A DNA stretch of 64,000 nt from an archaeon (GCA_043808285.1 JAZDFA010000012.1:312-64311), one strand, 5' to 3'; positions 44,984-53,691 are shown, counted from the first letter of the stretch. The notes: generated by a model from the letters alone, not told the origin. Translations and numbers: made by a program.

Positions 44984-45278
44984 ATGTCAAGAACACTTGA
45001 CAAAAACCATATACCCGCGAAAACCTATGGTTTTCGGGGCATAGGAAATCCTTTAGGAAATTTCCTCTGTTTAGTATGTGGTCGCGTGTTCTTGAGCACA
45101 AGAAAATCCTAAAAAGGTCCATCTGAAGATGGAGGCAACCAGATTTTCTGTGCAGGAAATTCAAAAGAATTTCCTTGCATCCCAATCAAGAAAAGCTTAT
45201 GCTTTTCTGGAACCTGAAAATCAGCAAGATTTTCATGTAATTCCAAAACATGCAGTAAAACTCAAGGAATTTTTTGAT
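44984..45278 (+). ncRNA. densely hairpinned ~295-nt element (candidate structured RNA or iteron-like palindrome array)
   Basis: Stem-loops lie at 44986-45001, 45014-45039, 45043-45066, 45089-45104, 45118-45133, 45151-45179, 45189-45208 and 45215-45235. A longer-range pair joins 45101-45108 to 45142-45149. The only ORF here, at 44943..45185 on the minus strand, looks spurious. Confidence 0.4.
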
Positions 45279-45397
45279 GAATAACTAAATTTCTTAGTAG
45301 TAAAAGTCAAAAGTATCTTCTGGAAGTTAACAAAAGGTTTTTAAATTGGATTTAGCTTTGAGAATTATCAAAAGAGGTTAGTGGTTAGATATTTAGA

Positions 45398-48300
45398 ATG
45401 GACAAAAGAGGTAAATCATTATTGGCAGTTGCAGGAATTCTGGCAATTATCTTAGTAATTGGATTATATTTTGTTTTTGCTGCAAATGTTGAACTTGCAT
45501 TAGTCAGCCCTGGTGGGACGATAAATGGAAGCGCGCAAATAACATTTAATGTAACAATAAATAATACAGAATTTAATGCTACTGGCGGGCCTTCTGTAAA
45601 TATAACGCATGTAAATATAACTATTGATGGAACATTTATTCTTAATATCCTGACAAACGGCAGTGATGTTTTAGAGCCAGGGCTTGCTACAGGACCTACA
45701 TTCTCAAATACTACAAACGGCACGTTATCTGTTTTAGAATGGAAGAATGCAACCGATGGATTGATACAGAATGCAACAGTCCCTCTGCCATTTTTCCAGA
45801 CAAGATATTTCTGGATTAATATTACCCCCACTGCTGAGGGGATGTATCCATTTGTTATTGATACACTTGATTCAAATGGCATGCCTAGCCCGACAGCCGC
45901 CATTTATACTATAAGTGTTAATGACCCCAATGAAAAACCTGCAGTAAATATTGTAGCAGGGCCCCCATATGGCTTAATTTACAACACTACAAATGCAAGC
46001 TTTAATCTGGACATAAATTTCAGTTGCAATGCGACTGATGGTTTCGGGCTTAATCAAATAGCACTTTTCCTGACTCAGCAAGATGGACCTTGGATAGTAA
46101 CCCAAACAAATGTTACCGGAACTTATAATCAAACAAATTTCACAAAGAGGATGTCATTTCCTGGAAATTTCTCTTGGTATTGCCAAGCTTTGGGCAACCA
46201 AGGGCATGATAATGCAACCCTTTCAAGAGCATTGAGAATAAACATGTTTTATATTTCAGGAAGAGTAATAAAATCAGACTTGACTAACGCATCTGGGGCA
46301 AATGTAAGCATTTACGAAGAAACTATGCAGATGAATGGACCTCCCATATCAACTCTGATAAATCAGACAATTGCAGATTCAACAGGATATTTCACATTAA
46401 TAGTGCCTAATAGTTCAAGAGGAAGCATGGAACCAGGACCACCAGGAGCTAATTACAAACTAAAGTTCAGATTAGAAAATGCACAGGGATTAGTAATAGA
46501 AGTAGGACCATCATTGCCTCAGATGCCAAGAGAACCATTTGTATTCAGCATGAATGGGGGAAATATTTACCTGCAGAAGGCAGTAACATTGCAGTTATAT
46601 GCAAATAATGTAAATGCAACAGGACAAGGAGCAAGACAGCTTTTTGGTTATGAAGTAATTGATAATTCCTTAGGATATCCTATGGAGAGCAATGTCCAGT
46701 CAAATGTTTCAACTGTAAATGTTACAGTTCCAATCGGAAGGAGTTATACTGTAATGTTTGCAAGAAGCCCTGAATTTTTTAATGAGAGTGAGGAATGCTG
46801 GGATCAAGAGAATGGAAATATGGGATGGTTAATGAATGATACACATTGCCCTACTCCTCCAATAAACATAAATCTTAATTGGTCATGCATTAATGCATCT
46901 GCTAACGGAGTTTATGGGGCGGGATGCAATACAACTGAAGCAAATTTCTCCCAATATTTAGTAAAAATCAATAAGAGCCTTATTTACACGCCTCTATTTT
47001 TAGAGGGATGCATAAATATTGCAGGGAATATAACTGATGTTAATCTTACTGATATAAAGACAAAGATGATACCATGGACTGGGTTTATCCCTTCTATGAC
47101 TGGTGAAATAACAGATTTTAATCCAGACGAGTCCAAATATTATACTAAAGGCAGAGGAGAACCCGGAGGGAATTATTCTGGCTGCACCGTAGGGAATTAT
47201 AGTTTACAAGTGGTTGGCGCTTCTACAGGAATGCAGTTCATGATGGAAGCATATGCGGAGAGTTCAACAGGAGCCGCAGGAAACAGAGAATATTATGCAG
47301 CATTCAAGAATCTTACATTTACTACTTTAGACCAAGAGTATAACTTTACACTTGTTAAATTGCTCGGAACATACGCGCCTGCAGATGATATTTCCACAAA
47401 GAGAATAAGCGTGAATATAACTGATGAAAATGGGACAGCCCCAAGAGACATGTTTGTTGAAGTTACGGTAAAGAATAATGCATCTGAGTCATTCCATTAC
47501 ATGATAGGAACTATAGAAAACGGGATATTCAATATTACATTATTGAATAACACCCAAAAAGCAGAAGTAAAGGTATACAGCAGCCAATATGCCCCCAAAG
47601 AGCAGAAGATTAACTTGGGTGCAGCGATGACAAATGTAACACTCTATTCATTCAAGCCCCAAAGGATTGAGAAAGGGGGGATTAATAACAGCAAGATGTC
47701 TGGGAATGAGTTAATAATGAGATTCATGAGCAATAGTGCAGCATGCAACGTTTATACTCCTGCTGCATCATGCAAGATTGGAGATGACAAGAGCGCTAAT
47801 TTTGACCCTATGCAAGCAATGATGGCTGGGAAGGCAAACTTGTGGATGAAAACCTCTTCAAATGTAACATTATATTTTATCAATGTAGACATGATGGCTT
47901 CAGGACCTCCTGATGCGATGATAAGCGATGATGTTTCAAGAGCAAGAGGGGGAGCATCTTCTTCTACAGGATTAGAACAAGCATGGAAGTTTGGTTCTTC
48001 AGCCCCAGATGTATATGACTATGTAATGATTGGAATTCCTTATAATACCAGCATTAATGAGACAACAACTGGGGGAAGCGGCAACTGGACTTATTCAATC
48101 AAGATGTCTAATCTATATGATAATGAATGGAATGTTGTATGGAACGCGACACTTAATGGAAGCGTACAACTGCCCTCAGATTACTCCGATTTTAATTCCT
48201 CATGGTTTACTTCTGGAATGAACTGTTCAACATCATCAACTCTCGGAACTCAGCAATGCTATATGAACATGTCAGACATAGGAGGTCATGCAGGATATTT

Positions 48301-48991
48301 TTGGATTACTATTCCTCACTTTTCAAGCACTGAAAGCACGATAACTGGAGGAGTAACAAGCCTTCCATCACAAGATGCTGGCAGCACGCCAGGCTCAACC
48401 AGCGGCAGCGGGGGAATAAACACTGTAATCTATGATATGGGAGATTATGCTTTCGCAAAAACAACAACAAGAGACATGGATGTTGGAGACTATGTAAAAT
48501 TCACTTTGGCAGGAAAAACAAATCATACAATAAAACTTTCAGGAGTGACTTCAACAAGAATTTCAGTCCAGATAAAGACAATTAACATGATTGTGACAAA
48601 GACTGTTGACGTAAACAAATCAATACAGGTGGATGTGAACAATGACGGAATTGCAGACATAGAAATAATCGCAAAGAGCACGCATACCTCCGCTTCATTA
48701 TCTTCCGCAGTATTGGAGATAAGATCATTATCTCTTGCTTCTGGGTCTGATATAACAACCCCACAGAATGCAACAGAAACAACAACCCCTGCAGCACAGA
48801 CTGGCAATGAGAATGCAACGGGACAAACAGGCGGACAAGAAATAGTTGCGCAGAAAACTGCCACTAAGATGTCTGCATTGCAAATAATCTTGATAGTAAT
48901 AGTGATAATAATTGCTATTGTCGCTATAACTCTAATCTCAAAAGCAACAAAGAAAAAAGTAATACCCCAAGTAATAATAAAGAAGAAATAA
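45398..48991 (+). CDS. large sequon-rich surface protein (1197 aa) with an N-terminal signal/anchor and a C-terminal TM anchor
   Basis: The N-terminal helix is LLAVAGILAIILVIGLYFVFA. N-x-S/T sequons are dense. A Ser/Thr/Gly/Pro linker (TPGSTSGSGG, TTPQNATETTTPAAQTG) is present. The C-terminal helix is ALQIILIVIVIIIAIVAITLI, followed by KKK. Confidence 0.85.
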   Translation: MDKRGKSLLAVAGILAIILVIGLYFVFAANVELALVSPGGTINGSAQITFNVTINNTEFNATGGPSVNITHVNITIDGTFILNILTNGSDVLEPGLATGPTFSNTTNGTLSVLEWKNATDGLIQNATVPLPFFQTRYFWINITPTAEGMYPFVIDTLDSNGMPSPTAAIYTISVNDPNEKPAVNIVAGPPYGLIYNTTNASFNLDINFSCNATDGFGLNQIALFLTQQDGPWIVTQTNVTGTYNQTNFTKRMSFPGNFSWYCQALGNQGHDNATLSRALRINMFYISGRVIKSDLTNASGANVSIYEETMQMNGPPISTLINQTIADSTGYFTLIVPNSSRGSMEPGPPGANYKLKFRLENAQGLVIEVGPSLPQMPREPFVFSMNGGNIYLQKAVTLQLYANNVNATGQGARQLFGYEVIDNSLGYPMESNVQSNVSTVNVTVPIGRSYTVMFARSPEFFNESEECWDQENGNMGWLMNDTHCPTPPININLNWSCINASANGVYGAGCNTTEANFSQYLVKINKSLIYTPLFLEGCINIAGNITDVNLTDIKTKMIPWTGFIPSMTGEITDFNPDESKYYTKGRGEPGGNYSGCTVGNYSLQVVGASTGMQFMMEAYAESSTGAAGNREYYAAFKNLTFTTLDQEYNFTLVKLLGTYAPADDISTKRISVNITDENGTAPRDMFVEVTVKNNASESFHYMIGTIENGIFNITLLNNTQKAEVKVYSSQYAPKEQKINLGAAMTNVTLYSFKPQRIEKGGINNSKMSGNELIMRFMSNSAACNVYTPAASCKIGDDKSANFDPMQAMMAGKANLWMKTSSNVTLYFINVDMMASGPPDAMISDDVSRARGGASSSTGLEQAWKFGSSAPDVYDYVMIGIPYNTSINETTTGGSGNWTYSIKMSNLYDNEWNVVWNATLNGSVQLPSDYSDFNSSWFTSGMNCSTSSTLGTQQCYMNMSDIGGHAGYFWITIPHFSSTESTITGGVTSLPSQDAGSTPGSTSGSGGINTVIYDMGDYAFAKTTTRDMDVGDYVKFTLAGKTNHTIKLSGVTSTRISVQIKTINMIVTKTVDVNKSIQVDVNNDGIADIEIIAKSTHTSASLSSAVLEIRSLSLASGSDITTPQNATETTTPAAQTGNENATGQTGGQEIVAQKTATKMSALQIILIVIVIIIAIVAITLISKATKKKVIPQVIIKKK

Positions 48992-49036
48992 CAAAAGAAT
49001 TTTAAATAACATTATCTGATTCTTATATAAATAAAG

Positions 49037-49591
49037 ATGGTGAAAAAGCAAAAAAAAGATGATCTAGAAACCTTGCAGTCATTAAAAGATTATGTGGCAT
49101 TGGCTACAGTAAATGCTGAAAAATACCAGAAGATGAATATAAAGATAATAAAGAGTTTTACAGACAAGAAGATACCTGGTGTTTATGTAACTCTTAGCAA
49201 GCCGGTTGTTACAGTAAAGAAACTATTGGAGGAGGCTGGGGTTGATACGAGGATTGTAATATTCATAGACGCAATAACAAAGACAATTGATGGGACTGAG
49301 AAGAAGGATAACTGCCTTTTTATTGGAACTCCTGAAAATCTCAGTGATATAAGCATTGCAATGGACCAAGCAGTAACTGCATTGCCAGCACAGAAATTCA
49401 TATTTTTTGATTCTTTAAGCGTGTTGCTAGTTTACAACCAGCCTGCGCTGGTTGCAAAGTTCATACACCTGATTGCTGGAAAGATGCATATATGGAAAGT
49501 AAAGGGGATAATTATTTCATTACGTAGAAAGGAAGACGAAGAACTTATAAAGGAACTCTTCCAATTCTGTGATATAAAAATAGATTTATAA
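49037..49591 (+). CDS. KaiC-fold protein lacking a P-loop (DUF835-like), third paralog
   Basis: This 184-aa protein carries PGVYVTLSKP, IFIDA, TPENL, FIFFDSLSVLLVYN and a C-terminal FCDIKIDL. It has no Walker A. Confidence 0.6.
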   Translation: MVKKQKKDDLETLQSLKDYVALATVNAEKYQKMNIKIIKSFTDKKIPGVYVTLSKPVVTVKKLLEEAGVDTRIVIFIDAITKTIDGTEKKDNCLFIGTPENLSDISIAMDQAVTALPAQKFIFFDSLSVLLVYNQPALVAKFIHLIAGKMHIWKVKGIIISLRRKEDEELIKELFQFCDIKIDL

Positions 49592-49604
49592 AAAGAGGAA
49601 AAAG

Positions 49605-50045
49605 ATGAAGATTGCGGAGATTGTGTGGGTAATAACAATCGCAATTGGCATAGGCTCAATATTCGGAATTTCTTCATTATTCCCTAAATCCCAGTTCGAG
49701 ATAGGAATTAATTCAATAATAACTTCACTGGCAATACTTGCATTGGTATGGATACATATTGCAAGGATAAGCCTTAGTCCTGCTTCAAATTTGAGGCATC
49801 TTGCAGTTTACATATTCTTATGCCTTATATTCATGTTCTTGTTTTCTTCATGGAATCTTATAACGACAATATTCGATTTTAAGGATTACTGGGGATACAT
49901 ATTCATTGCATTTGCTTTTATGTTCTTGATAATGGCTTCTTACAAGCTGATGAGAATAGGAACAGAATTTGGATTTTCTGCCCAGGCAAAAGGGATAACC
50001 AAGCTAATTAAGGCAGAAAAGAAAATCAAACAAAAGAAGAAGTGA
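49605..50045 (+). CDS. 4-TM membrane protein with a basic tail
   Basis: This 146-aa protein has four hydrophobic helices and the tail KAEKKIKQKKK. Confidence 0.6.
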   Translation: MKIAEIVWVITIAIGIGSIFGISSLFPKSQFEIGINSIITSLAILALVWIHIARISLSPASNLRHLAVYIFLCLIFMFLFSSWNLITTIFDFKDYWGYIFIAFAFMFLIMASYKLMRIGTEFGFSAQAKGITKLIKAEKKIKQKKK

Positions 50046-50107
50046 AGTTTTATTCTTGGATAATTTAGTACACAAGTATTTTATTAGGATTTGGGAGAAT
50101 AAGAAGA

Positions 50108-50400
50108 TCTACGCCCCACCCCCACCCACGTTACGGCTACGAATCGGTTGTTAATGGACGTGACATTTAGCAGTTAGGAGTAAGGCAGTTTTGGATTTGC
50201 AGAAGAATTAGTTTCTATTTCCTACACACTTGAATTGTTTTAATAGCATTACTCAGATTTGTCTCTTATCCAGAACAAGCCAAGAAATTTGTCCTTTCTT
50301 ATTCCTTGACCTCCCCAATCCAACTGCTCCAAGCTATAATACCTAAAACTACCGCTAAATTAATAATTATTAATCAAAGTAGTTATTTAGGCAGTTAGAA
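50108..50400 (+). repeat. intergenic repeat family, locus c
   Basis: Its blocks are tacgccccacccccacccacgttacgg, tttagcagttaggagtaaggcag (50165-50187), atttgcagaagaattagtttc, acacttgaattgtttt, cattactcagatttg, and ctaaattaataattattaa with the perfect palindrome ttaataattattaa at 50359-50372. Confidence 0.8.
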
Positions 50401-50414
50401 GGAGGAAATTTTCT

Positions 50415-51389
50415 TCATACTATACCTGAAAATATATTATTGATTATCCATCTTACAAAGAAAAACATTCCAAGACTGAAACCAAGAAGCATTGGCATGT
50501 ATCTTATTCCCTCTTTGAGGTCCCCTTTTTTTATGAAACCTAGTGCCAATGAGCCGCAGATACAAAGAGTGGCAAGGGTTATTATTATAAATCCCAGCAC
50601 AAAATTGCTGCTTATCGGGATTGCATTTACACTTATAGGTATAGACAAACCTTTAGGCATTTCTATGCTGGATATCTGTTTCTTTATTACTTCTGCAAGG
50701 AAAGAAGACAACGCAAACAGCACAGGAGAAGCAAAAGCTACTGCAGAAAGAATGAATATAAAATAAGCCATTGCAGAAGACTGCATTCTTTTTTCAACAA
50801 GCATTTGATTTCTTAGATTTTGCGCAGTTTGACTCAATAATATTGCAAGTTCCCCACCGCTTGCAATTCCCTGCACGATAAGCATCATTGTTTTTTCCAG
50901 TTTCTTGCTTTTAACAGTCCTTGTTATGTCTATCAATGCTTCTTCTATGCTTCTTCCAGTGGCTATTTCTTTTCCGATATTGGTTAATTGGTCTGAGAAC
51001 ATGCCGAATTCCGGCCTTGCGCTTAGTAGCAATGCCCGCTCGACAGTGTAGCCTGCCTTAAGATTGGAAGCAGTCAATTGCAATGCGTCAGGCAGTATAG
51101 ACTCAATAAATTTTGCCTTGCCATCTGCCTTGAGAATTAGATTAAGATAAGACCCTATTTGCATAAGGAAGAAGATTACTACACCGATGCCCAGATTTAG
51201 GGAATAATGAAGAGCAGTATCCATAAAAATAATCAATGAAACTGGCACTAGTATCGCAAGAATCACGCTGAATATGAAAGTGAAACCAATAAACTTTTCA
51301 ACTTTTGTATTATCGCCACCGCTAGCTAGCAATTCTTTGATATCCTCTCTTAATTTTCTGGGGTACATGCGAGATATAATTTTGTACAT
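50415..51389 (-). CDS. type IV pilus/archaellum-type platform protein, TadC/PilC-like half
   Basis: A single T2SSF-like domain (LPDALQLTASNLKAGYTVERAL...IGKEIATGRSIEEAL...LLSQTAQNL) is flanked by TM helices. Confidence 0.75.
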   Translation of the reverse strand: MYKIISRMYPRKLREDIKELLASGGDNTKVEKFIGFTFIFSVILAILVPVSLIIFMDTALHYSLNLGIGVVIFFLMQIGSYLNLILKADGKAKFIESILPDALQLTASNLKAGYTVERALLLSARPEFGMFSDQLTNIGKEIATGRSIEEALIDITRTVKSKKLEKTMMLIVQGIASGGELAILLSQTAQNLRNQMLVEKRMQSSAMAYFIFILSAVAFASPVLFALSSFLAEVIKKQISSIEMPKGLSIPISVNAIPISSNFVLGFIIITLATLCICGSLALGFIKKGDLKEGIRYMPMLLGFSLGMFFFVRWIINNIFSGIV

Positions 51390-51390
51390 T

Positions 51391-52224
51391 TTAGAGCAGG
51401 TTAGGCCTCCTTGAATTTATCAAACCGACGAACATTATCTGGGAGAATAATATTCCTGCATAAAGCACATAGAATATTGCCTTTGCAGCACTTGCAGAGA
51501 GGCCGCTGAATGAAAGGAAAAGCAATATGAATGTTATGCTCAGCGCAGGAATTATCACTGCTGCAAACATGTAAAACATTGCCATTGGAGCAAGCTTGAC
51601 TCCATAATCCTGTATTTGTATTATCTGCTCTTCAGACAGCGAAGAGATTGTTTCTTTTACAACTAATGAGATATCTGAGCCAGATTTCATGCCGTTTATT
51701 ATCTGCCAGATGGATCTTCTAAAAAATAGAGAGGGATTTCTTGCTGCCAAGTCTTCTAATGCATCAATCTGAGGCTTGCCCCCGTTTATTTCCTTCACTA
51801 CTTTTATAAATTCTTTAGATATCGTGCCATGATTCGCCTTGGATATATTTACGATTATTTCAAATAAGACTACTCCAGAGTTCATTTGCACAAGGATACT
51901 TTGAAGAACAGGAAGAAGATTCCTTTCTATGTTTTTTATTCTTGAGCCAGCAATTATTATTGGATAAATTATCTTTTGCATGAATATAAAAAATGAGAAT
52001 ATCGCAGCAATAAGAAATGAGATCTTGAAATCGTTCATCTCGAAAACAAAAAGAACGACGGAAAAAATCACAAACAAGGTTACAAACCAAAAAAAAGACA
52101 TCGCAATTGCAGAAGCTACATACTCTCTTTCTTCTTTTTCTATATCTGCCTGCAGCAACTTAATTTTTAGATTTGGAACTAGCTTTCTTACTACATCTGC
52201 TATCCCGAGAAAAAATGTGCTCAT
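51391..52224 (-). CDS. type IV pilus platform protein, TadB/PilC-like half
   Basis: The T2SSF-like domain is LLPVLQSILVQMNSGVVLFEII...EINGGKPQIDALEDLA. TM helices are present, and the gene overlaps the ATPase gene by 4 nt. Confidence 0.75.
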   Translation of the reverse strand: MSTFFLGIADVVRKLVPNLKIKLLQADIEKEEREYVASAIAMSFFWFVTLFVIFSVVLFVFEMNDFKISFLIAAIFSFFIFMQKIIYPIIIAGSRIKNIERNLLPVLQSILVQMNSGVVLFEIIVNISKANHGTISKEFIKVVKEINGGKPQIDALEDLAARNPSLFFRRSIWQIINGMKSGSDISLVVKETISSLSEEQIIQIQDYGVKLAPMAMFYMFAAVIIPALSITFILLFLSFSGLSASAAKAIFYVLYAGILFSQIMFVGLINSRRPNLL

Positions 52225-53690
52225 TTTATTTGCTTTAATATCTTTGTCTTATCTATATAATAATCTTTTAAAATTGCCCCAATTTCTTCTATGCTTCTTA
52301 TGTTCTTTAATACCAGGAAATCAATTATTTTCTCTTTTTCCGCAAGGTCTGCATTTATTTCCTGCTGAGTCATTCCTGTAACTCTTTCAATGCTATCTAT
52401 AAAAGAGAGGCTTTTTGAGTGGGGGATGACTTTATCGTCAGATGCCCTATAACGGTATAATATATTTGGAGATATTTTTACTCCGCTGGGTTCTTCTGAT
52501 GAGATAAATTCACCTATTTGGTAGAGCCTTCTTACGCCCTTTCTTCTGTCCCTAAACATGACGACGCAAAGATTAACGCCTTGAAGAAGGTTAGCTGGAA
52601 TGGATATTGGAGGATTAGAAAGCCTGTTGATTGTTTCTGTTATAGTATTTGCGTGAAGTGTTGCATAAACTGAATGTCCTGTGTGCATTGCTTCAAATAA
52701 TACTTCTGCTTCCTCTTTTCTTCTAATCTCTCCCATTACGATTCTGTCAGGACGCATTCTAAGAGCGTTTATGAGCAAATCAAGCATGTTCACTTCCCCT
52801 TTCCCTTCAGGATTTGGAAGTCTCGTTACAAGCGGGCACCAATAAAGGAAAGAAGGCAATTGGAGTTCTCTTGTTTGCTCTATTGTAAGTATTCTTTGAT
52901 TTGGGGGGATGAAAGGAATAACTGCGTTGAGAATGGATGTTTTTCCTGATGCTGTTCCTCCAGAAATTATAACATTCATCTCATATTGTATTGCAAGCCA
53001 TATCAATGAAACTACCTTGGAGGTTATCGTGTCATTTTTTATCAAGTCAACAAAAGTCCATGGGTCTCTTGCAAATTTTCTTATTGTTATTGTATGCCCT
53101 TTAGTAGATATAGGATAGAGAACTGCATTAGCTCTATCCCCGCTTACCATATGTGCATCAAGCAAGGGGGTAAGAACAGTTACCTGCCTTCCAACTCTTC
53201 TTGCTATTATGTTTGCGTAATTCATTATTTTTTCATCACTCTCAATTACTATGTTTGTCTGCAGCCATCCATATTTTTTATGGAAGACTCTTATTGGTTC
53301 TTTAGGAGACAAGATTACTACCTCCTCAAGATTGGGGTCGTTAATCAAGAATTCCATGTCTCCCAAGCCTAGCATCTCTTTCATCAGGAAACATATCATA
53401 ATCTGCTTTATGTCTTTTTCAAGCTTTATCCTTTCATCAAGCATTGTGGATGCTCTTTGCCTAAACTTATCTTTTGTTTCTTCTATAAGCCTTGGGTCTA
53501 GTATCTCTGCAGTGCTTATTGATACCTCAGTCATAAGGCTTTTTCTTACTTCAGAAAGCAATGCGAGAGTTGCCGGTGCAAGTTTTGGAGTGAAGAATTT
53601 GTATTCCAATGCTTTTCCATTTTCTCCTTCTATCGCTATGTTTATCTTTATTCCTTCAAGTTCAATGTCATATTTTTCAATAATCATCAT
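52221..53690 (-). CDS. type II/IV secretion-family ATPase (archaeal PilB/ArlI-like)
   Basis: The motifs are GLGDMEFLINDPNLEEV, TIRKFARDP, Walker A SGGTASGKTS, TIEQTREL and RPDRIVMGEIRRKEEAEVLFEAMHTGHS. Confidence 0.9.
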   Translation of the reverse strand: MMIIEKYDIELEGIKINIAIEGENGKALEYKFFTPKLAPATLALLSEVRKSLMTEVSISTAEILDPRLIEETKDKFRQRASTMLDERIKLEKDIKQIMICFLMKEMLGLGDMEFLINDPNLEEVVILSPKEPIRVFHKKYGWLQTNIVIESDEKIMNYANIIARRVGRQVTVLTPLLDAHMVSGDRANAVLYPISTKGHTITIRKFARDPWTFVDLIKNDTITSKVVSLIWLAIQYEMNVIISGGTASGKTSILNAVIPFIPPNQRILTIEQTRELQLPSFLYWCPLVTRLPNPEGKGEVNMLDLLINALRMRPDRIVMGEIRRKEEAEVLFEAMHTGHSVYATLHANTITETINRLSNPPISIPANLLQGVNLCVVMFRDRRKGVRRLYQIGEFISSEEPSGVKISPNILYRYRASDDKVIPHSKSLSFIDSIERVTGMTQQEINADLAEKEKIIDFLVLKNIRSIEEIGAILKDYYIDKTKILKQIK

Positions 53691-53691
53691 T

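Noticed and set aside
44984-45278. Is the hairpin element an RNase P RNA, an SRP RNA, a C/D-box sRNA or a replication origin?
   Set aside because: I could not find the universal RNase P motifs (GAGGAAAGUCC-type) or SRP helix-8 motifs, and a truncated paralog exists at 14006-14126. It is too long and lacks proper C/D box pairs. No orc1/cdc6 gene or ORB-type (TTCCA...TGGAA) boxes lie nearby. It is kept as an unclassified element.
45398-45480. Is the N-terminus of the 1197-aa protein (MDKRGKSLLAVAG...) a class III (prepilin) signal peptide?
   Set aside because: After the RG it has K at +1 and no Q/E(+5)-type motif, unlike the clear pilins in the neighbouring locus. It is more likely an ordinary signal peptide or signal anchor.
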